Shown: positions 48,359-61,480 of the stretch, in pieces | Numbering within the stretch: the stretch's first letter is position 1 | Layout: each line of letters starts with the position of its first letter | DNA from: Octopus sinensis | Taxonomy: Eukaryota | NCBI RefSeq assembly: GCF_006345805.1 | Contig: NC_043016.1 | Coordinates: 13,082,001 to 13,146,000 of the forward strand | DNA length: 64,000 nt | Reading direction: 5' to 3' | Program-made: the position numbers and the translations under genes | The notes under the pieces: generated by a model | Seen by the model: only the letters and a program-made list of their open reading frames with translations | What the model was told of the DNA's origin: nothing | Databases searched by the model: none

Positions 48359-49257
48359 GTAAGTAATTCCTTTATGCAGTTGGTTCTTTTCGTCTGCCCC
48401 ACCCCCTTTTTTTCCCTCTTTTATTGCCTGTAACTGTCTTTGATGCGGTCATGGGCAACCTACAGCTTGTAGAACTTTCTGAATGGCTCACCTATGCAAT
48501 CACCGGCAACTTGTGGCTTGTGGAACTTAACCGAATAACTCACCTAACAAAAAATTACCTTGAATTTTTTTCTAGTAGTGCAGACCATCTAACATCTCGT
48601 ATGATCCCCTTTTCAAAAAATCTTGCCCATGCCTGATCAAAGATTTATATCAGAAAGACATACATTTGATCATCATCATCATTTTTTTAATTTTTTCTCT
48701 AAACTAGTAAGGGCTGGAGGGTTCAGTGTAATACTGCATTGTCAGTGCATTCGTTTTCCTTGTCTATAACCGTAACAAACCATAAGATCTCACCACTACT
48801 TCACAAGTTTTGTCTTGTCCCTTTGTGTACTGTGGTTACCTCCCATTGATATTGCATGGCTCCCACTACATTGCACACTCAAACTTGAACATCAACAAGG
48901 TGTACTGTAGTAAATTTCTACCTTAATCCATATGTATTTAAACTGGTCGTATTCAACCAAAATATTCTACCTGTTTAATGTTCAAACCAGCCAGGTGCAG
49001 CTTCACACATTAACCCCACAACAAACCTACAAAACTAAACAATCACATCATTGAAATCTGAAAGCTATGAGATAATGCACAATTACTACAAGACAATGTG
49101 AATAAATAAGCATTACATTTGACAAAGTTGTCTGAATATTACAGAGTTAAATATCTGAAAAAGCAACAGATGTTCAGGAAATTTCTCATGTGGTTCCACT
49201 GGAAATTGAAACCACATCACTGTCTTGGCTTGCTTGGATTCTTGCCTTATGCCTTAA

Positions 49258-49747
49258 CCCTTTTGATACCAACCTGACTGAAACCGCCTCTGGTTCTGAA
49301 GTACAAATGTTTTGAATTAAAATCTTCCAGCAAACCTTAGTCACAATTTATGTTCTCAACACTAACTTAATAACTAATTTATTTTACTAAATTCTTTATA
49401 TTTAAAATTAATTGAATGAAACACAGAGCATCTCAACAGAAATCATCATCGTTTAACGTCCGTTCTCCATGCTAGCATGGGTTGGACGATTCGACCGGGG
49501 ATCTGGGAAGCCAGAAGGCTGCACCAGGCTCCAGTCTTATCTGGCAATGTTTCTACAGCTGGATGCCCTTCCTAACGCCAACCACTCCGTGAGTGTAGTG
49601 GGTGCTTTTTACGTGCCACCCGCACAGGTGCCAGGCGAGGCTGGCAACGACCACGGTCGGATTGGTGCAATTTACGTGCCACCGGCACGGAAGCCAGTCG
49701 AGGCGGCGCTGGCATCGGCCACGATTCGGATAGTGGTAACAAAAAGG
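49258..49747 (+). mobile_element. piggyBac-type MITE E interrupted by an RTE tail (49443-49733, minus)
   Basis: TTAA|CCCTTTTGATACC ... AACAGAAAT [insert] TGGTAACAAAAAGG|TTAA. Confidence 0.82.
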
Positions 49748-49767
49748 TTAACAAATGATTAATTTAA

Positions 49768-49989
49768 CCCTTTTGATAACAACTTATCTGAAACCACCTC
49801 TGGTTCTGTAGCACAATTGTCCTGTTTTCAAAAGTTTTAAATTAAAATCTTCCACCGAACCTTAATCACTATTTATGTTCCTAACATTAGCTGAATGATA
49901 TCTAAGTTATTTTACTAAATTATTGGTTATATTTAAATTTAATTGAAAGAAACACAGAGCATTTCAACAGAAATATGATAATGAGAGGG
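49768..49989 (+). mobile_element. piggyBac-type MITE E, intact
   Basis: TTAA (49764-49767) and TTAA (49990-49993); CCCTTTTGATA / TAATGAGAGGG termini. Confidence 0.85.
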
Positions 49990-51000
49990 TTAAAAGCCAT
50001 TTTGATAAGACTTGTTAAACTTTCTGACTTTATTTAACTATGATCAAAATGTGATTATTGTTGACTCTGTTGTTGTTATTGAGCCATATGTCTGATATGA
50101 TTCAGTAAACATGTGATCAAAGATATTCCATTTGGGATCATTCTGTATTTTTCTTCAACCAATAAGTATCAATTTTGGAGGTTGTAGGGCGAAATTTGAG
50201 GGAGATTTGGTTGCTTTTTCCCAGCAGTTGAGTAACTGCACAGGTTAGGTTTGGGAATCTTTTTTTACTAATGGAGGGAATTGTGATGTTCCTGTATGTT
50301 GAAAAATAATGAAACTTTAATTTTGCAAATTTATAACTATGTAATTAATTTGCTAGTTTGATTTGAAAGAGTAAACTGTCTTACCATCCACTACCACCAC
50401 CACTATCATCATCATCATCATCATCATTTAACATCCATGTTCCATGCTAGCATGAGTTGGATGATTTGACAATCTGATGACTCCAAGGTCTGCATTGTGC
50501 TCCACTGCTTTGGTATGATTTCTATGGCTGGATGCCCTTCCTAATGCCAGCCACTTCACAGTGTGTACTAAATGCTTCCTCTTGTGACACCAGCACTAGT
50601 GAGGGGTCACCAAGTAACTGGCAAGACAGGAGAAGAAAAAGCCCTCTACCTTATAAAGTTTATAAACTTTGTCAGCAAGTGATTTGAATGTGGGCAAATT
50701 TTTTCTAATCTCTGGCACGGAGATTTCTTCATTATCTTGAAAATAATGTGATTGTGCAATTTGCACAGTAACAAATACTTGAAAACTAATGTTAATGTTT
50801 GCTCTCTTTTATTTGTTTTAGTCATTGGACTGCAGCCATGTTAGGGCACTGCCTTGAAGGGTCTAGTCAAGCAAATTTGATCCCAGTACTTATTTTTTAA
50901 GCTATCAGTCTTTTCTTGAGCCACTAAGTTATGAGGATATAAACCAACCAATACCAGCTAAGTAGTCGTGTAGTACAAACACAGAAAACACATAGATATG

Positions 51001-51002
<2 letters not shown>

Positions 51003-51065
<63 letters not shown>
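51003..51065. repeat. (CA)n inside a minus-strand SINE B1 (50815-51205)
   Basis: Directly visible at the SINE's central position. Confidence 0.95.
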
Positions 51066-51073
<8 letters not shown>

Positions 51074-51318
51074 GTATATGACTGGCTTCCATCTATCAAA
51101 TCTACTTATACTAGCAGACACTTCCACAAGGTGCCATGGAGTGGTACTGAACCTAAAACCATGTGGTTGTGAAACAGACTTCTTACCACATAGCCACACC
51201 TGCATCGAAATATATATTTCATTATGCTTATCTATAGAATGTTGCATCTTTATTGATTTTCTTTTTGAACAATGAATTAAAAATGAATTTGTTTCTTTTT
51301 TTTTTTTTCTCTCTACAG

Positions 51319-52901
51319 AGTCAAGTGGATCATCTCCATTGGTATCCAAGCCTCCTTTGGGATGTCCAAGAAAACGAGCGGGTACAGGAAGAAAACTGCC
51401 TTCATTACCCGCTGAATCTGGAGTGCCTCCAAGCAGCAAACCTCAAAAGCAAACTACTCCTCAAAAGAAAGAGGAAAAATGGACCTCCTCTGATGTTGGC
51501 AAGAAAAAAAAATCGTTTTTAACTTCGAATCAGAGCAATGGTGGTAATCGAACAAGAAGTAAAGTTGACACAGACCATGATACAGATAGATTGTTAAAAG
51601 ATACAGAAACTGCCATGGCTGCTCTGGAAGCTAGAGTGACGAATCCTAGCATATCACAAGGCACTGATGGGTCCGAGTCAGATGTTTCTTCAAATACAAA
51701 CTATAATTTTAGCAAAAACAGTGCACTTCGCTCTAGCAATCGGAGCCTTTCTGATCAGCCTAGTAGTCGTAAATCTTCATTCTCTGATAATGCAAAACCA
51801 AAAGCTTCATCCAAAAATGTAATCAATTCCAAAGAGAGGAACCCTCCAATTCAAAGAAATTATTCTAAGGGAAGTGAGAAAGGGTCAATAAGTTCAGATA
51901 TTACAAGTGAATCTGAAGCCCTTGAAACTATGAGCAATAATTCTGACTTTAGTTTGGAATGTGGTAGTGAAGGAGATGGTTATAACCGCCGTGGCTCCAA
52001 AGGTAAAGGTGGCATTTCTATGACCAGACCAAACAGAGCATTCCAACTTAGACAAGCAAAAGCTCGTGGTGCTGAGGTAGTGGATAAACCCCCACCTCAT
52101 TCTGGGAGTGGTAGGGGAACATCATTAAGTAGTACAGTTTCTAAAGCTAGTATGGTTAAAGGTAAGGTTAAAAGAGTCAATTCTGTAAATTTGCCTGCGG
52201 AAAGATTATCAGAAACTCAACGGAGTACTGGTCTTAGCACAGAATCCATCCACAAAAGTTATGAAAACATTAAAGGGAGTTCAAATTTCATGAGAACTGA
52301 TGGTGGACGGTACAGTCTTAGAGTCAGACGGTCTGCTTCTACTTCTACTCCAAGAAACTCCAATGAATCATCGCGTATAAGATCAGATTTAAAATCAACC
52401 AAATCACAGCTGAAAGCTGCACATAGCACACCCGGACTGAATATTGTCAGCCTTTCTAGTAAAAGTAATTCACAGCCGACTAGTCGTTCAAATTCTCCAA
52501 GATCTGTTGATAAAAATAATCTGAAGCGACGTAAGGAATTTAACCAACGACAGCAGAAATCTTCAACGGGCAATTTGAGTTCAGGATCTTCTACCGACAC
52601 GAAAAACACAAAAACTCAAGGGTCAGCATCTAAAGCTGAATGTTCTGAAGTGTCGATAAATAGTCGAATGATTCGGTCTGCATCTTTGGAGTTGTCGAAA
52701 TACAAGAACTCTGTAGATGCAGTCTCTTCACAAAAAAGTTCATCAAGATCGTATCGAGATGTATCCAATATTGGTGAAGATCGTATCAAAAGTGGTTTTG
52801 TACCTTACAGTGGACTAGGAACATTCCAAAGTTGCCTTCGCCATCCAGAGGAATTTGATTATGGTAATGAAGAGAGGTTACTACTTCCGAAATCTATGCA
52901 G
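51319..52901 (+). CDS. CEP170: CEP170-like protein, large Ser/Lys/Arg-rich coding exon (1583 nt), phase 1-0
   Basis: CTCTCTACAG acceptor; ORF track 51339-53006 is open; MTRPNRAFQLRQAK resembles CEP170 RPTRxSxLRRAR; CAG|GTATTT donor at 52902 (G|GTAATG at 52864 is an alternative, so the 3' end is less sure). Confidence 0.85.
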
Positions 52902-55841
52902 GTATTTTTGTTTGTTTTTGTTTTGTTGTTTTTTTTAATTACTTGTGTTGCCCTTCCCCTCAAGTTTTACCTCCGTTATATTTATTACCTGTTGGTCATT
53001 TGTTAGTTGCTTCTTGTTATGGGAATGTTAACAGAGTGAAATTTTTAACTGTTTTCGTATGTTTTGTTGCTGTCAGTTATAAGGCAGATGAAACTATTGG
53101 TCATCAGAAACATTTTAAATGCATTTTTCTACAAGTCTTTGTTTTCTTTATTTTCAGTGAACATTTTTGGTGGGAAAGTTCCGTTTTTTTTTTTGTTTTT
53201 TGTTTTTTTGTCAAATTAATTTCTTTCCTTTCTCTTCCTCTGCCAGCTCTTTCCAACTGTTTCTCTTTCATTATCTATGGCCTCTTGTTTTTCTTCAACT
53301 CATTCTTTTCCTCTTTTACATCTGCTTTTCTCATTTTCTTTCAATTTTTTTTCTCTCTTCTTTCTATTCTTCTCTCGTTTTTCCTTCTGTTGCCAGGTTT
53401 CATAGAATTGTAAGCTACCAGGAGCTTGGTAACATGCAAATGAATTCTGAGAATGGAATTCTTATTTAATCATTTATTTATTTTCATGAAATACAAGCAA
53501 ATGGATACTAAGAAGACAGTGTTTTCTGTTAAAAAAAAAAAAAAAACGGGGGAAAAAAGGAAGAATCAATACCTTAATGAAATTATCTCCTTGATGATTT
53601 TTGTATTTTCTTAAGGAAAGAATCGTAACATTCATCAAACAAGCTTTTTCCAACATTGTAAAAAAAAAAGTTGCAACATTGTTACATTTCGTTTGTTGTT
53701 CATGTCTTGAATCACTTTCAGTGTTGACTACTATGGCTGTTAAACACCAAAATTCCAGGTAACTGGTGGTAGGTCTGTAGAGCAAAAAATCAGGAGTGTG
53801 TGTTAACATTCCCAGCAGGCACCCTTTTTCTTTTTTTTCTGCTCATACCTCACTAACATTATCCAGTTTTGAAACTTTGCTTAACTTTGATTACTTCAAT
53901 CATCATCATCATCATTAGTTATCATTTTCAGAATCATATTGTGTCATCTTTTATGATTATACAGTGGTTTTGGGTTAAATACCTGTGCACTGGACTTTAG
54001 ACAGGTGTCTTCTATCATAGCCTTTAGTTGACTAAATGCTTTGTGAGTGAAGTTTTACTGAGAGAAAATATGTAGAAGCATTACGCGTGTGTGTGTGTGT
54101 TGGTACTTAGATTAAATGCCACAAGATATTTTATTCAATCTGAGCTGCCCTGATATTTTCTGTGTTATTCTCTTCATTGGAATAAAATTGCAGTGAACCT
54201 ACAATTTATGTTATGAAAGAAAAATTTAAGGATTAGGAGTAGAAACCTTAAGGCATTGCCATCAGAAATTAAATAAATGGTCAAATCTTTAAAAAAAAAA
54301 TCTATTAATATGGCAAAAGACTGTGTGTAATTTTACATTGGCATAAAATGTAAGAGTTGCACCTTTGATGCAAGTCTGAAATGCCACTCTAATGTTGGAA
54401 ATTGCAAATATTACACTAAACCCACTCAAAGGTTTTATTGTTGTGAAACCAGGATTTTTGATACCTGAATAATTTTGGTATTAGCTTGGAATCTGACAAT
54501 GTTGATAGCCCAGAGCTTGTGTTGAGTGCTGCATTGAAAATAGCATATCTTTCTACCCTACCAGGACCTTATATGCATACATACTTGTATGTGCGCACAC
54601 ACACAAAACATTCATCATTATAATCATTGTTTAATATCCATTTTTCCATGCTGGCATGGGTTGGACAGTTTGACATGGAATTGGCCAGCAGTGGAACTGT
54701 TCAAACTACAATTGTCTGTTGTGAGATGGTTTCTATGACTGGATGCTCTTCCTAATGCCAACCATCTTACAGAGTGTGCTGGGTGCTTTTTATGTGCCAC
54801 CAGCACAGGTGCTTTTTATGTAGCACTGGCACCTCTAAATGGTAAACCTACATGTATGGAAGACAGCAATTCTACTTAGCTTGACGCATCTTTTCAAGTA
54901 CAGCAAATCACATCTCTGTCCTTTGTCATTCCTTCAGTGAGGCCCAATGTCCAAAGATCCTTATTATGGAATTAGAGGTTTCTTAGAGATCAAAGTAGGG
55001 ACTAAAGAAAGACAAACATATCCTGGATCAATAATCAGTTTTACCCAAACAAACCTTCACCAACAGGCTATTAGTAAATCTGTGTAAAAATAAGAGATTA
55101 ATTCTTTGGAATTCTTCAATGTAAGAGTTATCCAACTTGAAATTTATTGACTAGTTTTATGTCTATTTCTTTGATGCCAATGGAAATTACTTTTTTTTCC
55201 TTTCTTAGTTCAAAGCTTGTTTGATAGAATCATTAGATGTCTTTTATCTTTTACTTCTTCCAATTGTGAGCTTTGGCCATGCTGGGGCACTGCCTTGAAA
55301 GAATTTAGCTGAACAAATCCCCCTCCCCCCCTCACCAGTACATTTTCTTTTAAGGCTGGTACTTATTCTATTGGTCTGTTTTGTTGAACCACTAAGTTAC
55401 TGGGACGTAAACAAACCAACACACTGGTGGTCAAAGGTGGTGGGGCACAAACACAAGCACATTATATACACGCATACAGAATACATGTATGTATATGTGT
55501 GTGTATTAGGGAATGGGCTTCTTTCAGTTTCCACCAGCCAAATCTACTCGCAAGGCCTGTGGCTATAGTAGAAGACACTTGCCCAAGGTGCTATGCAGTG
55601 GGACTGAACCTGGAACTGTGTATTTGGGGCACAAACATCTTATGCAGCCACTCCTACTTTACATGTACCACCCAAAAATTCTTTTGTTTACTTCTAAAGA
55701 TAGATCTTATTAGAGTTGGGTGTATATAATTTTTATTTTTTTTTTTTTTTGGAATGCTTTGAATTTTATCTCAGGATTTATGGGGAAACATGATTTCTGC
55801 AACTGCATCTGTGACAGGAATACCACATATGCATGCAGGCG

Positions 55842-55876
<35 letters not shown>

Positions 55877-56086
55877 ATTGCATCTGTTTGTGTATTCAAG
55901 AAATAAAATCCTTTTTTGAAATCGGATAACTTTTATAATGAACTGAAAACACCAAAACAAAAACGAAAAAATTCTTAGAAATGAACAACCTCAAAGAACT
56001 GTTACTTGAGCAATTGCCTAACAATGGTCCTTTGTACAGGTGGAATGTTTGTCATAAGGGAAATATATATTTCATTTATGACAAAA

Positions 56087-56148
<62 letters not shown>

Positions 56149-57463
56149 ATATCATCATCATTATTTAACGTTCGCTTTCCATGCTAGCATTAAATGATGA
56201 TGATGATATCCTAGATATATTTCATTTATGGCAAACATTATATATATCCTAGATTTGTTGCTATTTTGGGAAATTGACAAAAAATAGTCACTCAGCAACA
56301 CAAAGCATTTGGTGCAAAGAATATTCACTTATAATAATATCCAACGCCTTCAATCAAACAGCTTTTGATCTGTTAAAAAAAAAGACCCCTGTTTAGTTGC
56401 ATCAAAGAAAAGGCTTACGTCGCTTAGTCAATAAATTTCATAGCTCATGTAACAAGGAAAAAAAAAAGCCATTTTGGAGAGTAAAAAAAATTGTAATGCA
56501 AACCAAATGTAAAAGACAGGTATTCACAAGTTAATGTTAGGGGTTTTTTTGGGCTTTTTCTTACCTCCCCAGATATGTGTGTGTGTGTGTACCAGAATAA
56601 AAATATCTCTCTTTATTAACTGTAGTCTTAACTCAGTAAAAAAAAAAATTTAAATATCACTTTTCTAACCCATAATTTGACATGGAAAACAGAAAGAAAA
56701 AAAGGATAAGAAAATGGCAAATTTGAATGTTTTTCTCCCATGTCTGTTTATTTTTGTCAGCACTTCTATGTCTCCATCTAATGTTATGCCAATCACTAAA
56801 CTCATTCACACATTGTCCATTTATTTCTTTCCCACACTTTGTTCTTCATATATTTCTTTTTCTTTTTTTTCCCCTATCAAACCATCATCACAAATTCCTT
56901 ATCATATGTCATCACACTAATGGAATATTCTTCTGTCATTACTCTTCCATATTCAAAACATTTTAAAAAAATTTCTTAAAAAGAAATTATATGGTTCCCT
57001 AACCGTTACCATATTTTTCTTGAAACACACTGCTTTTGTCCCAATTAATTTTGAAAATAATGAAGAATTTGATGAAATAACTTTGTCATTATTAAACTGG
57101 AGTTTTAAGTATAAATTAATATGAAATTTTGATAGAAGCTTTTAATTAAGATCACTTTTAAACAAGAAATTTGTACCGTAAAATCAAAGCAGTCTAGGCA
57201 GGTTGGTATCAAGAGTTAAACTGTGATAAACATGTAAGGTTTCTCAAATAAATAAATAAATAAATAAATAAATGCAAAGTGGGATTGATTTTGGAAGGGT
57301 GTTTCACTTGACTCAAGCCATTAGAATAATTGCCATTAAAAAACTTATCAAAAGCATTAAAATTGCCGCCTTTTTTACAGATAAAGAAACAAGCATAAAA
57401 TGGCTGAAGAAAATATCAGTGCAAAGCATCTCAGAAAATATATATCTTAAACATTTCCTAATG

Positions 57464-57729
57464 CAGTGGTTCTCAACTGTTTTTTTTTTTTGTGTCTGGA
57501 CCCCTTTGATTCCTGTTTTAACTCGGGGTGTGGGACTCTCATAGTCATTTGATGTCTAAAATCTCCTGTTATATTTTTGTGACTGAATATTGTTAGGAAT
57601 TGTATAAAAAATGTTTAAATATTTTCTGCATTGTAGAAATATAACTAGTTTTGCACATAGATTTTGCATATAGATTGCACATAGATTTTGACAACAAAAT
57701 CTCCTATGGAGCCTGATTGAGAACCACTG
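57464..57729. mobile_element. hAT-type MITE
   Basis: 13-bp TIR CAGTGGTTCTCAA / TTGAGAACCACTG; degenerate 8-bp flanks TCCTAATG / ATCTAATT (5/8). Confidence 0.75.
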
Positions 57730-57826
57730 ATCTAATTAATGATTAATCCCTAATGAAGAATCTCCGTTTGGGGAACTTTTAAAGTAACAACTTTAGTAAG
57801 ATTTTCTCCTTGATGTGTTTGTTTAA

Positions 57827-58044
57827 CCCTTCAGCATTCTGATTACTCTCTCAAAAGTAACCCATATTCATTCATTCATTCACATTGATTTGGATTAATC
57901 ATGCATTGTCCCGGAGCTTTGAGAGTCCAATGTTGTGATTGCTTATTTTTTTAACAGCATTGTAAAGGAGGGGTAAGAGGCTGTAAGAACGTTAAAACAG
58001 GTAGAATATTTGGGCCAGATATGATCACTTTAAATGCTAAAGGG
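57827..58044 (-). mobile_element. piggyBac-type MITE D, intact
   Basis: TTAA both sides; TIR CCCTTCAGCATT / AATGCTAAAGGG (11/12). Confidence 0.85.
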
Positions 58045-58412
58045 TTAAACAGTATTTATGCTTACCATTTTTCAGATAATGTCTGAATAAATTTTCCCTT
58101 CTTCCCTTCTCCCCTCCAATGATTTAACTTCATCTCTATCTACTATTGAAAATAGATTTCAGATCTCATACTTGTATGTAATAATAGTTTTTTAACTTTT
58201 CTCTTTTTGCGCAGCTCTGAATAACCTGAAAAATATGAGCACATGATGGTCTTTCTTTGGTATATTCCTTAAGAAAGGCACCAGTGTGTGGCTTATAACT
58301 TTGCTCATTTTTTATGTTTTTTGTTTGATGATGGAATTCAACCTTTGAAATTGATTATGCAAAAAAGAAGTACATTGTGTGTACTCATATAAATATGTAA
58401 ATAAATACATGC

Positions 58413-58413
58413 A

Positions 58414-58466
<53 letters not shown>

Positions 58467-58468
58467 CT

Positions 58469-58513
<45 letters not shown>
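58413..58513. repeat. (CT)n(CA)n microsatellite
   Basis: Directly visible. Confidence 0.95.
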
Positions 58514-58515
<2 letters not shown>

Positions 58516-58570
58516 ATATATACTTATGCATTCATACAATTATTTGAACATAAATCAAAATCAATTCGAT

Positions 58571-58979
58571 GACTGGCATCTGTGCTAGCGGGGTGCAAAG
58601 AGCACCATACAAGTGTGATCGTTGACAGAGCGGCTATTCGAGTATGATCGTTACGATCATTGCCAGAGCAGCCAGCTGGCTTCCGTACCTGTGGCACATA
58701 CAAGGGCACCATTTGGGTGTGATCATTACCAACGTCGCTTTACTGGCACGTGTAAAAAGATTCGAGCGAGGTCATTACCAGTACTGCCTGACTGGCCTCT
58801 GTGCCGGTGGCATGTAAAAAGCACCCACTACACTCTCGGAGTGGTTGGCATTAGGAAGGGCATCCAGCTGTAGAAACTCTGCCAGATCAAGATTGGAGCC
58901 TGGTACAGCCATCTGGCTCACCAGCCCTCAGTCAAAATCATCCAACTCATGCTAGCATGGAGGGCGGACGTTAAATGAT
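58571..58979 (+). mobile_element. RTE-LINE 3'UTR copy with diverged repeat units
   Basis: Same tail as 43301-43688; upstream units use gtgtgatc..gccagagcagccagctggc. Confidence 0.85.
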
Positions 58980-58980
58980 A

Positions 58981-59014
<34 letters not shown>

Positions 59015-59599
59015 AGTGTAAGTATGTATGTATGTATGTATAATCGTTTATATACTTATGCACATACATTCACTTTTTTTTTTTTTTTTCCTGGTGGGAT
59101 AGGAAGAAGATCCATCCTTTCAATGTATCAAATAATGATGCACACAGCCAGCAACTAAGTGAACTAGGTTTTTTTTTTTTTTTATTATTGTGTGTGTCGA
59201 GTCATAGACCATGCTAGACAGCATACACTGTAAAATTCTCCATGTCAGTCAGCATAGAAAAACTGGTGTTGATTTATCTACATGGGTACATTTGTATGTT
59301 CATTTACACACACACATGTACGTATGTATATGTATGTATACTTGTGTGTATAATACTCATGTGGCTAGTGTGCATATGCAGTGGCCATGTGTTGCCCCAC
59401 CCACCATCTTTTCATTGCAAGCCCTTGTCTTAATTTAGATCTATGAAAGATTTAATCTTTCTCATTACTCTTGTAGTACTTTTAGTAGAGTATTATAGTG
59501 TGTGTTATATTTTACTAGAAATATATTTTTTGGGAACTCGGTTGTACTTTGAATAAGGGAATATTTGTTTGCTGAAGTCTTTTTTTTTCTTCTAATCTG

Positions 59600-59960
59600 A
59601 TTAGAGATCAGAGTATTGTGCCTAATAAGCAAATAAACACAGAACTATGCTAATATGGCAGAACAAGCCTTCTCAATACATTCTGAAGAGACAACAAATA
59701 ACTGAAATGCCTTTGAAAGAAAATCCATTTACAGCCTTGTCGTACAGTTTAGACATTCTAAGTGTTAGAAGCAAGATGTGGAATTGCTTCAGTATCAAAG
59801 CAATTTCTATGTTAGAAATTCAAAGCAGTTATTTAGATGTACGATTAGATTCGATGGACTATCTGATGTGTAGAATGAAGAGCGAGTAACAAAAATGTCC
59901 AAGTTCTAACAAGGCATTCTTACAATGGAAGGAAGATAAGAAGAATAGAGATGATACTGA
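59600..59960 (+). mobile_element. Old RTE-like LINE ORF fragment
   Basis: Broken frames give ELC*YG, NAFERK and RLDSMDYLMCRM (RLRWxGHxxRM-like). Confidence 0.45.
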
Positions 59961-60899
59961 TATGAATTATTCTTTTATTTGAAGTGGCGTAGTTTCGTAA
60001 TTGGTTAGAATTTATTAGTATTCAAAGCAGTGGGTGGTGTTGAAGAGAGAAAAGAAATGTGCATTAAATTCTGCATAATTCTTGGGAAGCAAGAATGCTG
60101 ATGTAATTTTCTTGAAGTTTGAAGGAATTTATTAGGAGTTTCTAAGGAATTGCTCTGGAGTGTTTTAGGAAATAGAGCCTTTTTTGTAGCCTTGGTAGGA
60201 GGGAGAGGAAGCCTAGACCATTGACATAGTAATTGGTTTAACCATAGGTCAACCTATGATGGTGTTCCAGTCATGACCATCCCAAGTGTTGTGATCCTAG
60301 GATGTGTGAATATCCTTCCCGTATTTTTTTTTTTTAAATAGGGTAGATGTACTTTGGAGGAGAGTTGGTCCTTATTTCTAGCAGATTGAGTGCCTGTGGC
60401 TGTTGGTGAAAAGGAAAAAAAAACATTTGTTAATGAAACTTATATCCTTATTCTGTTTGTCTAAGCCACTTAAAGAGATAAAGGATAAGTGAAAGATAAA
60501 GGATTATGTCATAGCGTATGTTACTCATAATGTGGATATCCTATCCAAAGTCACAAAACTACAGAAAGATGCACAGAAGTGTATCTGTAGCAAACGTAAT
60601 GCATCCGGTAGCTGTGGTGGAATAGTTTAGTTTGGATTTCTGTGTCCTTGCACATATTCATTAGCAAGCATCCACCATCAACTGAATACTTAGACACATC
60701 GATAGCCTCTACTGCTATAGAAAAGCAAATGTTGCAAATTGGTGGTGGGCTGGGTACACACACACACGCACACACTCTCTCTCTCTCTCACACTCACACC
60801 ACACAACACACAACACACACTGTTAAAAATAAAGCATTTTTGTTTTACAAAGGAATTAACAAATTTTGCAGTATTTGGGAATCTGAAGGTACTCGTGAT

Positions 60900-61480
60900 A
60901 CTTAGTTAAACTCTCTGCCAGTTCTGTTCCAACTTCCTCTGGCAAACTACCATCACTCATTTGAAATAACTAAAATCACCCTCTTAAACACGTCTCTTCA
61001 CATTCCATACAAAACCAAAGAATACAGCCAAAACGTCTGTAGGGTGTTGACTTACAACTGTGCAGAAGCAGTAGAAGGAAAGAACAACTCTGCTGGTAAT
61101 TTCTAGAGAAAGTCTCCTACCATTAGTAGTTCAAAGGCTTTCCTATGGCTGCAGCACTTGTAAGAATACCATCATAAAAACAAAAGATATCTTGTGCATC
61201 GTATATCCTACAAGCTTCCCTGTCTCCCAGATAGCAACAATGCTTTTTGGTTCCTTGCCAAGAGGATCTCTCTTAACTTTGCATGATCTTCCTACCTACC
61301 ACTCCTCAACCAAGACAGATCGGTTGGCAACATCTCCGCTTAAAATGAAATAATATTAAAGCATCTACATTCGCTTCCTGCTTTGCCTGCAACTCATCGC
61401 TGAACAACTCTCAACAGAGCTACTTCCAAAACTCTCTTTCACCACACCTCAGTCTCACTATGACTTGGTGTGTGAAAATT
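60900..61480 (+). mobile_element. Old CR1/L2-clade LINE ORF2 fragment (EN-RT linker)
   Basis: ITKITLL..LHIPYKTK..YNCAEAVEGKN and AFWFLAKRISLNFA*SSYLPLLNQDRS resemble CR1-type FWHLAKNxSxNFxxSSFPPL. Confidence 0.6.
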
